This document shows positions 1 through 9,822 of a stretch of 64,000 nt of DNA, piece by piece. The position numbers and the translations under genes were made by a program. The notes beneath the pieces are model-generated. The model searched no databases, was not told the origin of the DNA, and saw nothing but the letters and a program-made list of their open reading frames with translations. The stretch's first letter is position 1. Every line of letters starts with the position of its first letter. Source of the stretch: Planctomycetota bacterium (GTDB lineage Bacteria; Planctomycetota; UBA1135; UBA2386); NCBI GenBank assembly GCA_965223545.1, contig OZ245006.1, positions 3,616,001 through 3,680,000 on the forward strand, in the 5' to 3' direction.

Positions 1-1
1 G

Positions 2-1501
2 GGGCCGAACCAGCGCGCCGGGCGACGGGCGACGACCGACTCGAGTGGCGTCGCCACATTCTCGGCCCTGGCACCGGGCACGCATCGCCTGTGCTCGTTC
101 GCCAACTTGCACGAAGAGAAGATCGAGCTGAGCAGCGGCGACCACCTCGAGCACGTCGTGTTCCTCGAGCCCGAAACCGAGATCGGGGGCGTCGTGGTCG
201 ACCCCGACGGTAGACCAGTCCCCGGCGCCGAGTTGATCGGGGTCTGGGGGGGCACGGATCCACAGTGGGTGTATCGCGTCGGTCGAACCGACGACGCCGG
301 ACGCTTCACGGTGCGCGGCCTGCGGTCGGTGAGCCAACTCGGTGCGCGCCACCCGCACCTCGGCACCTCGGGCCTGGCGGTGATCGCCGCTCAGCGGCGC
401 GGCGACGCGGCCCCACGGCCCCTGCGCCTCGAGCTGCCGGGCAGTGCTGCCGCCGTGCGCGGCCGCGTACTCGACCCGCGCGGCCGCCCGCTGGCGGGCG
501 TTTGGGTGCGACTCGGAGAGTACGGCCGGATCAAGAGGGACGCACACGGACAGTCGCTGCAAGAGCCGAACGGCGGCGTCCACGCGACCGACGCGGACGG
601 CACCTTTGCAGTGAACGCGCTGGCACCCGGCAACTGGCGCTTGCGCGTGTTCGCTGCGGGGTTCGCGCCACTCGATCGCCAGCTCCGCCTCGAGCCCCAC
701 ACGACGCGGTCCTTCGAGCTCGCCCTGCAGCCCGGAGGTGCTGTGCACGGCTCGGTGCGCGGTGGCGGAGGCGCGCCGATCGAGGGCGTCGAGGTCGAAG
801 TCGAAGGCGGCTGGTACCCGGCGACCACGCGAGCACACACCGACGAGGACGGTGCGTTTCAGCTGGCTTCGCTCGCCGCCGGCGAGGTCTTATTGACGTT
901 CTCGGCTGCCGGTCAGGCGGACGCCACGCGAGTTGCGACGGTCGTCGCCGGCAGCACCCAGCACATCGACGTCACCATGACCGCCGGCCACGTGCTGAGC
1001 GGTCGCTTGATCGACGAACATGGACAGCCCCTGGCGGGCTGGGCCATCCGCGCCGAGGGTCAGCAGCGTGGCACCAAGACCGCCCGCGACGGCACGTTCT
1101 CCCTCGACGCAGTGGCGATGGAGCCGCTCACCCTGGTGGTCCGCGAGCGCATGGGCTTCGAGCCCGAACGCACGCGTTTTAGCGGGATCCTCCCCGGCGC
1201 CCCGGTCGAGCTCACCGTCTCTTCCGACACCGCGCCCAGCGCCTGGCTGACCGGAACCGCCACCGATCCCCGCGGCCAACCCTTGGCCGGCGTGTCGATC
1301 ACCGTCTCGCAACGCGGGTGGCCCTTGCCGGGGTTGGGAGTGCGCACCGATGCCACCGGCCAGTTCCGCGTCGGCCCGCTGCCGCCGGGGCAATACACGG
1401 TTGCGGTCGCGCAAGCAGACTGGCGCAGTCCCGACCTCGACGTCGAAGTGCGCGCCGCCGAGGAGCGAACGCTCGGCGCGGTGATCGCCGCACCGCGGTG
1501 A
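2..1501 (+). CDS. Carboxypeptidase regulatory-like (prealbumin-fold) repeat protein, 5'-partial
   Basis: Frame is open from the window edge. Repeated G-x-V-x-D-x2-G-x-P-x2-G...T-D-x2-G-x-F-x5-L-x2-G units. Confidence 0.85.
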   Translation, partial: GPNQRAGRRATTDSSGVATFSALAPGTHRLCSFANLHEEKIELSSGDHLEHVVFLEPETEIGGVVVDPDGRPVPGAELIGVWGGTDPQWVYRVGRTDDAGRFTVRGLRSVSQLGARHPHLGTSGLAVIAAQRRGDAAPRPLRLELPGSAAAVRGRVLDPRGRPLAGVWVRLGEYGRIKRDAHGQSLQEPNGGVHATDADGTFAVNALAPGNWRLRVFAAGFAPLDRQLRLEPHTTRSFELALQPGGAVHGSVRGGGGAPIEGVEVEVEGGWYPATTRAHTDEDGAFQLASLAAGEVLLTFSAAGQADATRVATVVAGSTQHIDVTMTAGHVLSGRLIDEHGQPLAGWAIRAEGQQRGTKTARDGTFSLDAVAMEPLTLVVRERMGFEPERTRFSGILPGAPVELTVSSDTAPSAWLTGTATDPRGQPLAGVSITVSQRGWPLPGLGVRTDATGQFRVGPLPPGQYTVAVAQADWRSPDLDVEVRAAEERTLGAVIAAPR

Positions 1502-1522
1502 GCGCGTCGCTGATCACGCGGG

Positions 1523-2821
1523 CTACCTCCCGACGAGCACGGCCAGCCCCGGGCTCACTGCCAGGGCATTGTTGGGATCGATCGCCTGGCCACGGAAGAC
1601 CGCGCCCATGAGCGATGCGGAGTTGGGGATCGGCACCGGTGTGCGCGCGAACCCGGCCGCGTCAGCCGGCGCAGCCAGCAGCAGGTCGGCGGAGACCCGC
1701 AGCGGACAGCCGCCCGGCAGCGCCAGCGGCAAGGACGCCCCGCGCAGCACCTGGTCGGAGGTTCCCAGCGCGAGGATCGCCGTCGCGTTTGGCGTCAACC
1801 CTCCGGCCTGCAGTGCGAACTGCGTGTTGCCGACGTGCGGCCGCGACCACTCGAACAGATCGATGCCGGCTCCCTGCCCGCACGCCAAACCGAAGCGCAC
1901 CGCCCGGCCGACGTCCGAACGCGCGACGTCGAAGTCGACCGGGTCGCCCGGCAGCGGCCCCGCGACGATCCGCCACGGCCGCGCGGGGGCAGTGGCCAGG
2001 TTGACGACCTCCTTGAGGAACGGGTGCGCGGCATTCCCCAGCACCAAGGGGGAGCTGAATCGCTGCGCGCGCACGCGCACGGTCGCGCCGGCCGGCAGCA
2101 GCGGGGTGAAGGGAATCACTTCGGGCTGCTGGCTTCGCACGCCGACCGACACCGTGCCGTCGTCGTTGGCGAACAAGACGTGGCCCACGGCGTTCTGCAT
2201 TTGGAACACGCCGCGGATGCCGAATGGGCGGTAGCCGGCCATCGGCACTCCCGACGGCTGCTGGGCTCCGGTCAGCGGATCGAACACGAGCAGCTGCGGC
2301 TCGGTCGCCGGCGCCACTCCCGACTGCGCCACGAGCACGCCGCCGGCGAACCCGAGCTCACCGACTGCGTCGGCCCGCGGTAGCGGACTCAGCCGCGTCG
2401 CGGTGCCGCCCGTCCGCGGCAGCTGGTACAGACCGGCGCTCGCGCCCGTCGCGGTCAGCACCAGCGCGTCATCTCCGGCGAAGGCGAAGTCGGTGACCAC
2501 CGCCGGAACCACGCCGACGAGACGGCTCGCGGTGACCTGCCGGGCGCCGACGCTGAGCCGATAGACCGGCGTGTTGGCGCCGCCGTCGAGCGCCAGAAAC
2601 ACATCGTTGCCATGCGGGTCGAGGCGCAATGCGCGGGGTGGCGCTCCATCGACGGCGAATCGCGGATAGATCGTCTGGCCGCCACCGCGCACGTCGACTT
2701 CGACCAGCAATGTGGCCGCCGGGGTGTTGGTCCGCACGGCGACCAGGACGTGATCGAACGCCACCTGCGCCGTGACCGGAGCGGTGGTCAGGGCGGCGAG
2801 CAGCCAGGGTAGTGAGCGCAT
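1523..2821 (-). CDS. Secreted protein, beta-rich N-terminal region plus shared C-terminal domain
   Basis: Start reassigned to MRSLPWLLAALTTAPVTAQ (signal peptide). C-terminus FGLAC...PHVGN...GGCPLRV...PIPNSASLMG...Q. Confidence 0.75.
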   Translation of the reverse strand: MRSLPWLLAALTTAPVTAQVAFDHVLVAVRTNTPAATLLVEVDVRGGGQTIYPRFAVDGAPPRALRLDPHGNDVFLALDGGANTPVYRLSVGARQVTASRLVGVVPAVVTDFAFAGDDALVLTATGASAGLYQLPRTGGTATRLSPLPRADAVGELGFAGGVLVAQSGVAPATEPQLLVFDPLTGAQQPSGVPMAGYRPFGIRGVFQMQNAVGHVLFANDDGTVSVGVRSQQPEVIPFTPLLPAGATVRVRAQRFSSPLVLGNAAHPFLKEVVNLATAPARPWRIVAGPLPGDPVDFDVARSDVGRAVRFGLACGQGAGIDLFEWSRPHVGNTQFALQAGGLTPNATAILALGTSDQVLRGASLPLALPGGCPLRVSADLLLAAPADAAGFARTPVPIPNSASLMGAVFRGQAIDPNNALAVSPGLAVLVGR

Positions 2822-2977
2822 TTTTCGAATCCCTTGGAGTGAGAGGTGCCGCTCCGGGCTACGAGCAGGCGTGCGCGCCGGTCCCGATCCAGGCAGACCT
2901 CCCCGATCGCCCGCGGGGATTTGGTTGCACCCTTTCTCGCCGCGCGGGCGAGGAAGTTCCCCCAGGCTCTCCCACGC

Positions 2978-3949
2978 ATGCAACACGCACTCCTCCGTAC
3001 CGGCATCACCGTCTTCACCGCGATCACGCTGGCACCGTTGGCCGCCCAGCGGCAGCAGGCCACGCTGCACATCGACGAGCACACCGCCGTCCTCGACTAC
3101 GGTGTGCCGCGCTGGGGCAAACACTCGCTCGACGCCCTACCGGCCGGCAAGACCTGGCGCTTGGGCAGCAACGAGGCTTCGACCCTGACCACCGACGTGC
3201 CGCTGTTCACCGGCCGCGGCATGGTCGCGCCGGGCGCCTATCGCTGCCGGCTCTACCGGCACAAGGATGGCCAGCGCTATTACCTGCAGCTCGACTACGG
3301 ACGCTGGGCGCAGGGACTGAAGGCCCACGCCGAACGGCTGCCGGCGTCGCTGGTCGAGGGCGAGCCCGCCGAACGCCTGGCGATCGAGTGGCAAGATCGC
3401 GCCGCGGGGGCGCCCTCCCCCGAAGGCGGTGGAGATGCAGCGGCGCGCACCGCGGCACCCGCCAACATGCATGCAGTCGATCTGATCGCGAACTTCGGCC
3501 CCCACCAAATGCGCGTCGAGTTCACGGCAGCACCGGGCACCGCAGTGGGTCGCCTCCGCGGCTACACCCTGACCGCGTTTCAGATCCCGAGCGATCGGAT
3601 CGAGGCGCGCAACGAGCGCGAGCTGCCCACCGTGGTCGCCACCCTCAGGCCCAGAAAACCGGTGCGCAGCCGCAAGCAGCCGCCGTTCTTCAACCTGCTG
3701 ATCTCGGGCGACACGCTCTCGCTCGAACCCGCGCTGCGGGCGCCCACCGACTCGTTCGGCTTCGCCTCGCTCGAGCCGTGGCCCGACGAGTGGCGAGCGC
3801 GCGCCGAGGGCGAATGGCAGGCGGCCGACGCCGAGTACGCGCACTTCACCATCACCGGCGTCGAGCAGAAGCGCCGCACGCTCACCTTGCACTGCGCGCT
3901 CGGCCGCCGGACCGCCACGCTACAGGTCGAGATCCCGCGACCCCGGTGA
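2978..3949 (+). CDS. Secreted DUF2911-like protein
   Basis: Signal peptide ending LAAQ. Motif LDYGVPRW...WRLGSNEASTLTTDVPL...PGAY resembles DUF2911. Confidence 0.65.
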   Translation: MQHALLRTGITVFTAITLAPLAAQRQQATLHIDEHTAVLDYGVPRWGKHSLDALPAGKTWRLGSNEASTLTTDVPLFTGRGMVAPGAYRCRLYRHKDGQRYYLQLDYGRWAQGLKAHAERLPASLVEGEPAERLAIEWQDRAAGAPSPEGGGDAAARTAAPANMHAVDLIANFGPHQMRVEFTAAPGTAVGRLRGYTLTAFQIPSDRIEARNERELPTVVATLRPRKPVRSRKQPPFFNLLISGDTLSLEPALRAPTDSFGFASLEPWPDEWRARAEGEWQAADAEYAHFTITGVEQKRRTLTLHCALGRRTATLQVEIPRPR

Positions 3950-3965
3950 TCCTCTCAGACCCAGC

Positions 3966-4619
3966 TTACGCCGGCACCTTGACGCCGACCCAACAGCCGT
4001 CGCCGAGCGGCACGATGATGCCGTCGACATCGGCGCGGGCCGCCATGGCATCGTTGAACGCGGCGATCGCGCGCACGTCATCGGCAGCGTCCTCGTCGAA
4101 CAGACGACCGAAGCCGAACGCGTTGTCGACCATCACCAACCCGCCCGGGCGCAGGATGCGCAGGCACTCGTCGAGATAGGCGCCGTAGCCCTCCTTGTCG
4201 GCGTCGATGAAGCACGCATCCGCGCTGGCGTCGGCGAAGTCCCGCAGCAGGACCCGCGCGTCGCCGGTGTGCACGGCGATCCGGCCGGCGACGTCCGACT
4301 TCGCGATCCACTCACGCGCGAAGTCGGCGTGCCGCGGCTCGAGCTCGAGCGTATCGACGCGTCCCGCGTCGCTCAGGCCGCGCGCCATGGAGATCGCCGA
4401 GTAGCCGGCGAGCGTTCCCACTTCGATCACCGTCTCGGCGGCGATGGCACGCAGCAGGATGCGCATCAGGCTGGCCTGCTCGGGCGAGATCCAGATTCGC
4501 GGAATCCCGGCCTGCTCCGCCGCAACTTTCAGAGCGCGCAGAAACTCGTCCTCGCCGCGGGTGTGCGCGGCGAGGTAGGCGACGTGCTGGGCCGACACGG
4601 GCATCGATTCGCTCGACAT
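3966..4619 (-). CDS. O-methyltransferase (caffeoyl-CoA/YrrM-like, Methyltransf_3)
   Basis: IEVGTLAGYS SAM-binding motif, FIDADK, LRPGGLVMVDN. Confidence 0.92.
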   Translation of the reverse strand: MSSESMPVSAQHVAYLAAHTRGEDEFLRALKVAAEQAGIPRIWISPEQASLMRILLRAIAAETVIEVGTLAGYSAISMARGLSDAGRVDTLELEPRHADFAREWIAKSDVAGRIAVHTGDARVLLRDFADASADACFIDADKEGYGAYLDECLRILRPGGLVMVDNAFGFGRLFDEDAADDVRAIAAFNDAMAARADVDGIIVPLGDGCWVGVKVPA

Positions 4620-4695
4620 GCCGTGCACGGTAGCGAACGGGCGGCCGACGGACAGACCGCGGCCGCGGACTCTCGCTATCATCCACCACTCTGCG

Positions 4696-5070
<375 letters not shown>

Positions 5071-5080
5071 AACGCGGAGC

Positions 5081-6964
5081 TCACTGCCCCGCCGCGGCCG
5101 CCACGACGCGCAGCCGGCTGGGCGGCAGGCACATGTTCTCGTCGCAGACTTGGTAGCGGAGCTCGCACGCGACCTCGGCACCGGACAGGAGCTCGCCGCT
5201 GATCTCGTGCCGGAACTCGAGCTGGCCTTCGTAGACCGTGATCTCCGGATCGGCGGGGTAGGGCGCGCCCGCCGGCAGCTGCCAATCGCCGACCGCGGTC
5301 ATGCCGCCGGGCAAGTCCAGGGTGACGGTCATCGGCACGTAGGGCTGTCCTTCGGGCACATCGCGGTAGGCGTGCCAGCCCTCGAGAATGGATACCGCCA
5401 AGACGAGCGCGTGGTTGCCGTCCTGCTGTGACGTGACCGCGAGGGCGCCGACGACCGGCTCGTCGAGGCTCGGCTCGAGCAAGACCGCCGACCCGACCTC
5501 GGGCAAGGCCGCGCGTGCGCGGGGCGCGCGCGCATCCACCAGCCACTTGAAGCCACCGATCTCGGTGAAGAACAGACGATCGCGGTTCTCGTCCAGCCAC
5601 GCCGCCCACTCCGCAGCGGTCGCGAAGCGCTCGTCGGTGTAGCGCTGGAGCAGGGTGCGGGCGAGCTGTGCGCGCTCGCCGTCGCCGGCCCGCAGCGCCC
5701 CGACCGCACGGTCGAGTAGAGCGGGATCGTGATTGGCGACACCGAAGGCGCGCAGCTCCTCGTCGACCACCAACTGGTACCAACCCTCGCCGCGCAGGTA
5801 CGGCAAGTCGGCCTCGATGCGCGCGCGGATCGCGGTTTCATCGCCGGCCAACGCCTCCCAGTCCTCTTCGGGCACGAAGCGCTTTACCGGCGCGAACCGC
5901 TCGGGCGCCTTCGGCAGAGGACTGTCGAGCGCTCGGCGTTCGACATCGGCGACACTCTCACCGGCCGCGATCCGCGCGCGGATCTCGGCGTTGCGCTCGC
6001 GAATGCGTTGAAGAAAGTACTCGTGCTGCGCGAGCTCCACGGCATGGCCGGCCTCGCTGATGCGGTCGAGCGCTTCGCGAACACCCGCGCGCGACATGAT
6101 TCCCGGTACCCGGCGCGCGATCGGCCGCCGGCCGTCGAACTTCGCGATGTAGTGGATCGCGTTGACGAACACCAGCTTGGCCTCTTCCGTCATGTACGTC
6201 GGTGAAGCGGCGAACCCCCAGTGGAACAGGTTGCCGTGCCGGCCCAGTGCCACCGCGTCCGGCCGCTTGGTGTTGACCCCGCCCGAGATCCACTCGACGT
6301 CCGGCGAATCGAGAAAGCCCGCATCGCTCGAGACGACGCCGATCAGCTGATCGTCGCCGTCGGTGTAGCCCTCGGTCTGCACCCGCCACATCGGCATCGT
6401 ATCGCCGAGGTCGAAGCGGCCGTAGGCCTGTGGCGTCGGCTGTTCTTCGATGGTCAGCGCGACCTGGTGCGGTGTGTGGAAGATCTCGTGGTCGACGCGC
6501 ATCCCGTGCGCGTGGGCATCGAGGCACATTCAAAGCCAGTCGAACTTGCTGCCGAGCGACTCGCCGACCCAAGGGGAGTTCTCCGCGATCAACAGCGCCG
6601 GCCGGTCGAACCCTTCGGGCAAGTAGACCGGGACGCCGCGCTCCGGTTCACGCAGCGCCTTCGGCCGGCAGTCGAACACGGTGACGTCGAAGTCGTCCGA
6701 CATCGCGGCGTCGTAGTCCGCGCCGTACACGACCTCGACGTGATCGAAGTGGTAACGCAGCAGAGCCTCGAACGCCGCCGTGCGCTCGCGGTAGAGGCGG
6801 TGCGTGCGCGGTTTGGCCAAGCTGGTGAACGGCAGCTTGGGAGCTTGCGGATCGTGACCGACGAGCAGCACCCGCGGCGCGGCTTCCGGTATCGGATCGA
6901 CCTGCGCCGGCACGGCGAAGCCGAGCGACAGCGACAGGGTCGAGGAAACGATGACGTGGCGCAT
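5081..6964 (-). CDS. Probable secreted selenoprotein (U-x-C motif) with C-terminal DsbD N-terminal-like disulfide domain; joins ORFs 6530-7030 and 5081-6529 across an in-frame TGA at 6530-6532
   Basis: Both ORFs are in the same frame, separated only by TGA: ...SKFDWL-TGA-MCLDAHAH. Signal peptide MRHVIVSS...VPAQ lies on the first part. C-terminal GWHAY...YQVCDENMCLPP is typical of DsbD-N. SECIS-like hairpin follows the TGA. Confidence 0.8.
6495..6513 (-). promoter_or_regulatory. Putative bacterial SECIS hairpin
   Basis: ACGCGCA-CGGGA-TGCGCGT, a perfect 7-bp stem with a G-containing 5-nt loop. The stem starts 16 nt after the UGA and the loop 23 nt after it. Confidence 0.65.
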
Positions 6965-7031
6965 GACAACCTCTGGGTCAGGAGAATCGCGTGTCCAGGG
7001 TAGCAAACCCGCGTTCTCGGCGAAGTGCACG

Positions 7032-9107
7032 CTAGTTCGCGACTGTCACCTGCTCACCGGTCTCCGGGTCCACGGCGTACACCACCGGGACCCACGGATC
7101 CGACACCATGATCACCTCGCGCACCGTGTCGTACGCAATCGCCCGACTCGGACCCTGGCCGTAGACGCCCGGTCTCGAGCTCGCGCTCCAAGAGCGGAGC
7201 AGAGACCGATCGCCGGTGTTGAGGTCCACCGAGAGCAAGTCAAGCGGCCCCAGCACCTGCACGAGCACGTAGGCGCGTTGGCGCGCCGCGTCGAGTGCGA
7301 TCGATCTCGCGCCGCGGAGCGATGGGCCGGAGGCCGACGCCGGACTCGAGATGGTCGTGTCCGCTCCCGAAGGGAGGTGCACGGCGACCAACGCCTGGTC
7401 GCTGATTCCCAGGACGCGGGAACGTGCCGCGTCGAACACCATGGGCGAGAGACGCCCGCGGTAGGCGCCGATTGGCGTAATCATCCCGGTTCGGAAGTCC
7501 AACTCACCGAGCCCTTCTGGGGTGTGGAGGCTCGCAACGACGTGCCCGACTCGGGGCGAATCCGTGATCGCCGCCGCAATCGAGCCCACCAAAGAGGCGG
7601 CACGAAACGCAGCCCCGGTGGTCAGACTGACTTCGAGCCCACCTATGGTCCCGATCCCGTACAAATGGCTGCCGGAGCTGTCGAGCGCGACGGAAGTAGG
7701 GCTCGGGATGGGCAGGTTCCAGCTGGAAACGTGGCGGCGGGCTCCGGTGCCGTCGATCGTGGTCAAGACACCGTGCGCCAGGGACTGGAGCACCGGGTCG
7801 CCGACGAGAACGAGGAGTTGACGACGGACATCGAACGTCATCGCCGATGCTGCCGGCACAGGGACTCCCGATCCGACGGCAATGTGAGTGGACAACGCAG
7901 GGCCGACGTACGGTGCCTTCGGTTCGACGATCATGAACACGTCGCCATCCAACGTCGTCGACCAAGAAGCACCAAGCAGACGATCGAAAGCGACACCCCG
8001 CCCAGGAAGTCGCGAGTACCACTTCGGCGCTATCGAGCTCGCCCGAAGGTCGTACATGCTCACGGAACCGAACCACCCTTCATCGATCGCATAGAGACTC
8101 TGGCTCGCTTCGTCCAGGATGGCGCGGCGCGAGGCCGTGTCTTCGCCCATGTCGGTCCGGTCCCCGGTCTGGTAGTCGACCCAAGCAAGTTGGTACCGCC
8201 CGTAGTAGCCGAAGCCATTGTCGACGAGAAGCGAGGCTCGAACGCCAGTCTGGTCGGGGGCGACTCCAACGATCGTTCCGCTGAGTCCGCTGCCACGACC
8301 ACCGACGCCACTCTGGGAGATCAGCAGCGCCGCTCCCGAGGACGGGTCTACCGCCCAAAGCCCACCGGCCGCCGCCACGAGCAACCGGTTGTTCGCCGCG
8401 TCGAAGGCAAGGTCCGAGACCGCCGGCATGGACGGCCAACCGCCGTCGATGCGCAGCCGGTCTCCCGTCGCGGTATCGACCGCGTAGAGCACCGTTCCGA
8501 ACCGGCCGGCCACGTAGGCGGTGCGCCCATCGGAATGGACCGCCAGGGCGACAATCTGCTGGAGGGACTCACCCGAACCGCGACCATCATCGGCAACCAA
8601 CCGCCGTTTCCCCGAGCGATCCACCGCGACCATGCGGCCGATGTTGCTGGCGACGTAGTACCGCTGGTTCTGTGGATCCCATGAACCCGCGGTCGGAAGT
8701 CCGATCGTCACTTGGTGGTGCACGGTGATCGAGCTCCGTCCCAGCTCGTCGCCCGCGGCCGACAGCGCCACGGCTGTCAGGTGATTCGCGCCCTCGGACA
8801 GTGGGACTCTGGCGGACCACGTCGCGAAACCATCGGAACTCGTCGCCGGAGTGGTCGCACCGACGGTCTCGACGACGAGGGCCGCGGAGCCGGCAGGAGT
8901 CGTCGCCCCGCGGACGAGGATCGACTCTTCATCCGTGAGCGACTCGGCGAACGGGAAGACGAACTGCACCGTTCGCACAGGGGCGGGAACCGGCGGCGAG
9001 TGCGAGCGACCTCCTCGGTTACATCCCGACGCCAGGACTGTGGCGCCAGCGCAGACTGTTAGGAACGCTGTCCGCGACACCGAACTCGGCCAACCCATGG
9101 CCACCAT
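7032..9107 (-). CDS. Putative lipoprotein with Ig-like domain and beta-propeller repeats
   Basis: Hydrophobic N-terminus ending LASGC. VPLSEGANHLTAVA Ig-like segment. Repeated AVDxxTGDR blades. Start uncertain (9098/9107). Confidence 0.7.
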   Translation of the reverse strand: MVAMGWPSSVSRTAFLTVCAGATVLASGCNRGGRSHSPPVPAPVRTVQFVFPFAESLTDEESILVRGATTPAGSAALVVETVGATTPATSSDGFATWSARVPLSEGANHLTAVALSAAGDELGRSSITVHHQVTIGLPTAGSWDPQNQRYYVASNIGRMVAVDRSGKRRLVADDGRGSGESLQQIVALAVHSDGRTAYVAGRFGTVLYAVDTATGDRLRIDGGWPSMPAVSDLAFDAANNRLLVAAAGGLWAVDPSSGAALLISQSGVGGRGSGLSGTIVGVAPDQTGVRASLLVDNGFGYYGRYQLAWVDYQTGDRTDMGEDTASRRAILDEASQSLYAIDEGWFGSVSMYDLRASSIAPKWYSRLPGRGVAFDRLLGASWSTTLDGDVFMIVEPKAPYVGPALSTHIAVGSGVPVPAASAMTFDVRRQLLVLVGDPVLQSLAHGVLTTIDGTGARRHVSSWNLPIPSPTSVALDSSGSHLYGIGTIGGLEVSLTTGAAFRAASLVGSIAAAITDSPRVGHVVASLHTPEGLGELDFRTGMITPIGAYRGRLSPMVFDAARSRVLGISDQALVAVHLPSGADTTISSPASASGPSLRGARSIALDAARQRAYVLVQVLGPLDLLSVDLNTGDRSLLRSWSASSRPGVYGQGPSRAIAYDTVREVIMVSDPWVPVVYAVDPETGEQVTVAN

Positions 9108-9168
9108 AGTGGCCAATCATCCACCGGCCCGCGGCGTCTGCAGCAACCGTGGGCTATCGTCGGCGGCG

Positions 9169-9762
9169 ATGCCGAAATCGTCCGGGGAACCCGAGTGGCG
9201 CGCGCGGCTGCGACGCGCGCTGGCGAGCGGAATCGACGTTCCTGACGGCGAATGGGGTGTGTTCTGCCGCGACCTCTCGACCGAGACCTTCGCGAAGGGA
9301 GACCTGCTGTTCCGCGAAGGGCAGCTCCTCGACCGGGTCTACTTCCTGCTCGCGGGCATCGTCCGGTACTTCGCGCAGGGATCCGATCGCGAAGTGACGT
9401 TCGGGTTCGACTACGAGGGCCGGTTTTGCTCGGACTTCGATGGCTACTTCCGCGCGGCGCCGGCGAGGACCAGCGCCGAGGCGATGGAGGCCGTCGCCGC
9501 GGTCGCGATTCCCCGGGTGACGATGGAGGCCGCCTTCGAGCGCCACCCGTGCTGGGATCGGGTCGGACGCCACCTCATCCAGGAGATGGTGCTGCGGATC
9601 GTCGACAAAGAACGCCGGATCCGCATGTTGACCGCCGAGCAACGCTACCGGTTGCTCATCGAGCAGGACTCGCCGCTCGTACACCGGCTGCCACAGTACC
9701 ACCTCGCTGCGTACCTGGGCATCACGCCCGAGACGTTGAGTCGGATCCGGGCGCGCATCTGA
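9169..9762 (+). CDS. Crp/Fnr-family (cNMP-binding + HTH) transcriptional regulator
   Basis: FAKGDLLFREG...YFLLAGIVRYF and C-terminal PQYHLAAYLGITPETLSRIR. Confidence 0.92.
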   Translation: MPKSSGEPEWRARLRRALASGIDVPDGEWGVFCRDLSTETFAKGDLLFREGQLLDRVYFLLAGIVRYFAQGSDREVTFGFDYEGRFCSDFDGYFRAAPARTSAEAMEAVAAVAIPRVTMEAAFERHPCWDRVGRHLIQEMVLRIVDKERRIRMLTAEQRYRLLIEQDSPLVHRLPQYHLAAYLGITPETLSRIRARI

Positions 9763-9780
9763 CACGTCGCCCGGCGTGGA

Positions 9781-9798
9781 TCTTGATCCAGATCAAGA
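9781..9798. promoter_or_regulatory. FNR-box-like palindromic operator TCTTGATC-CA-GATCAAGA
   Basis: Contains a perfect TTGAT-N4-ATCAA (9783-9796). Lies between the Crp/Fnr gene and the hydrolase. TAGGGT -10-like hexamer at 9809-9814. Confidence 0.75.
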
Positions 9799-9822
9799 CG
9801 GCCGCCGCTAGGGTCGCCCGCG

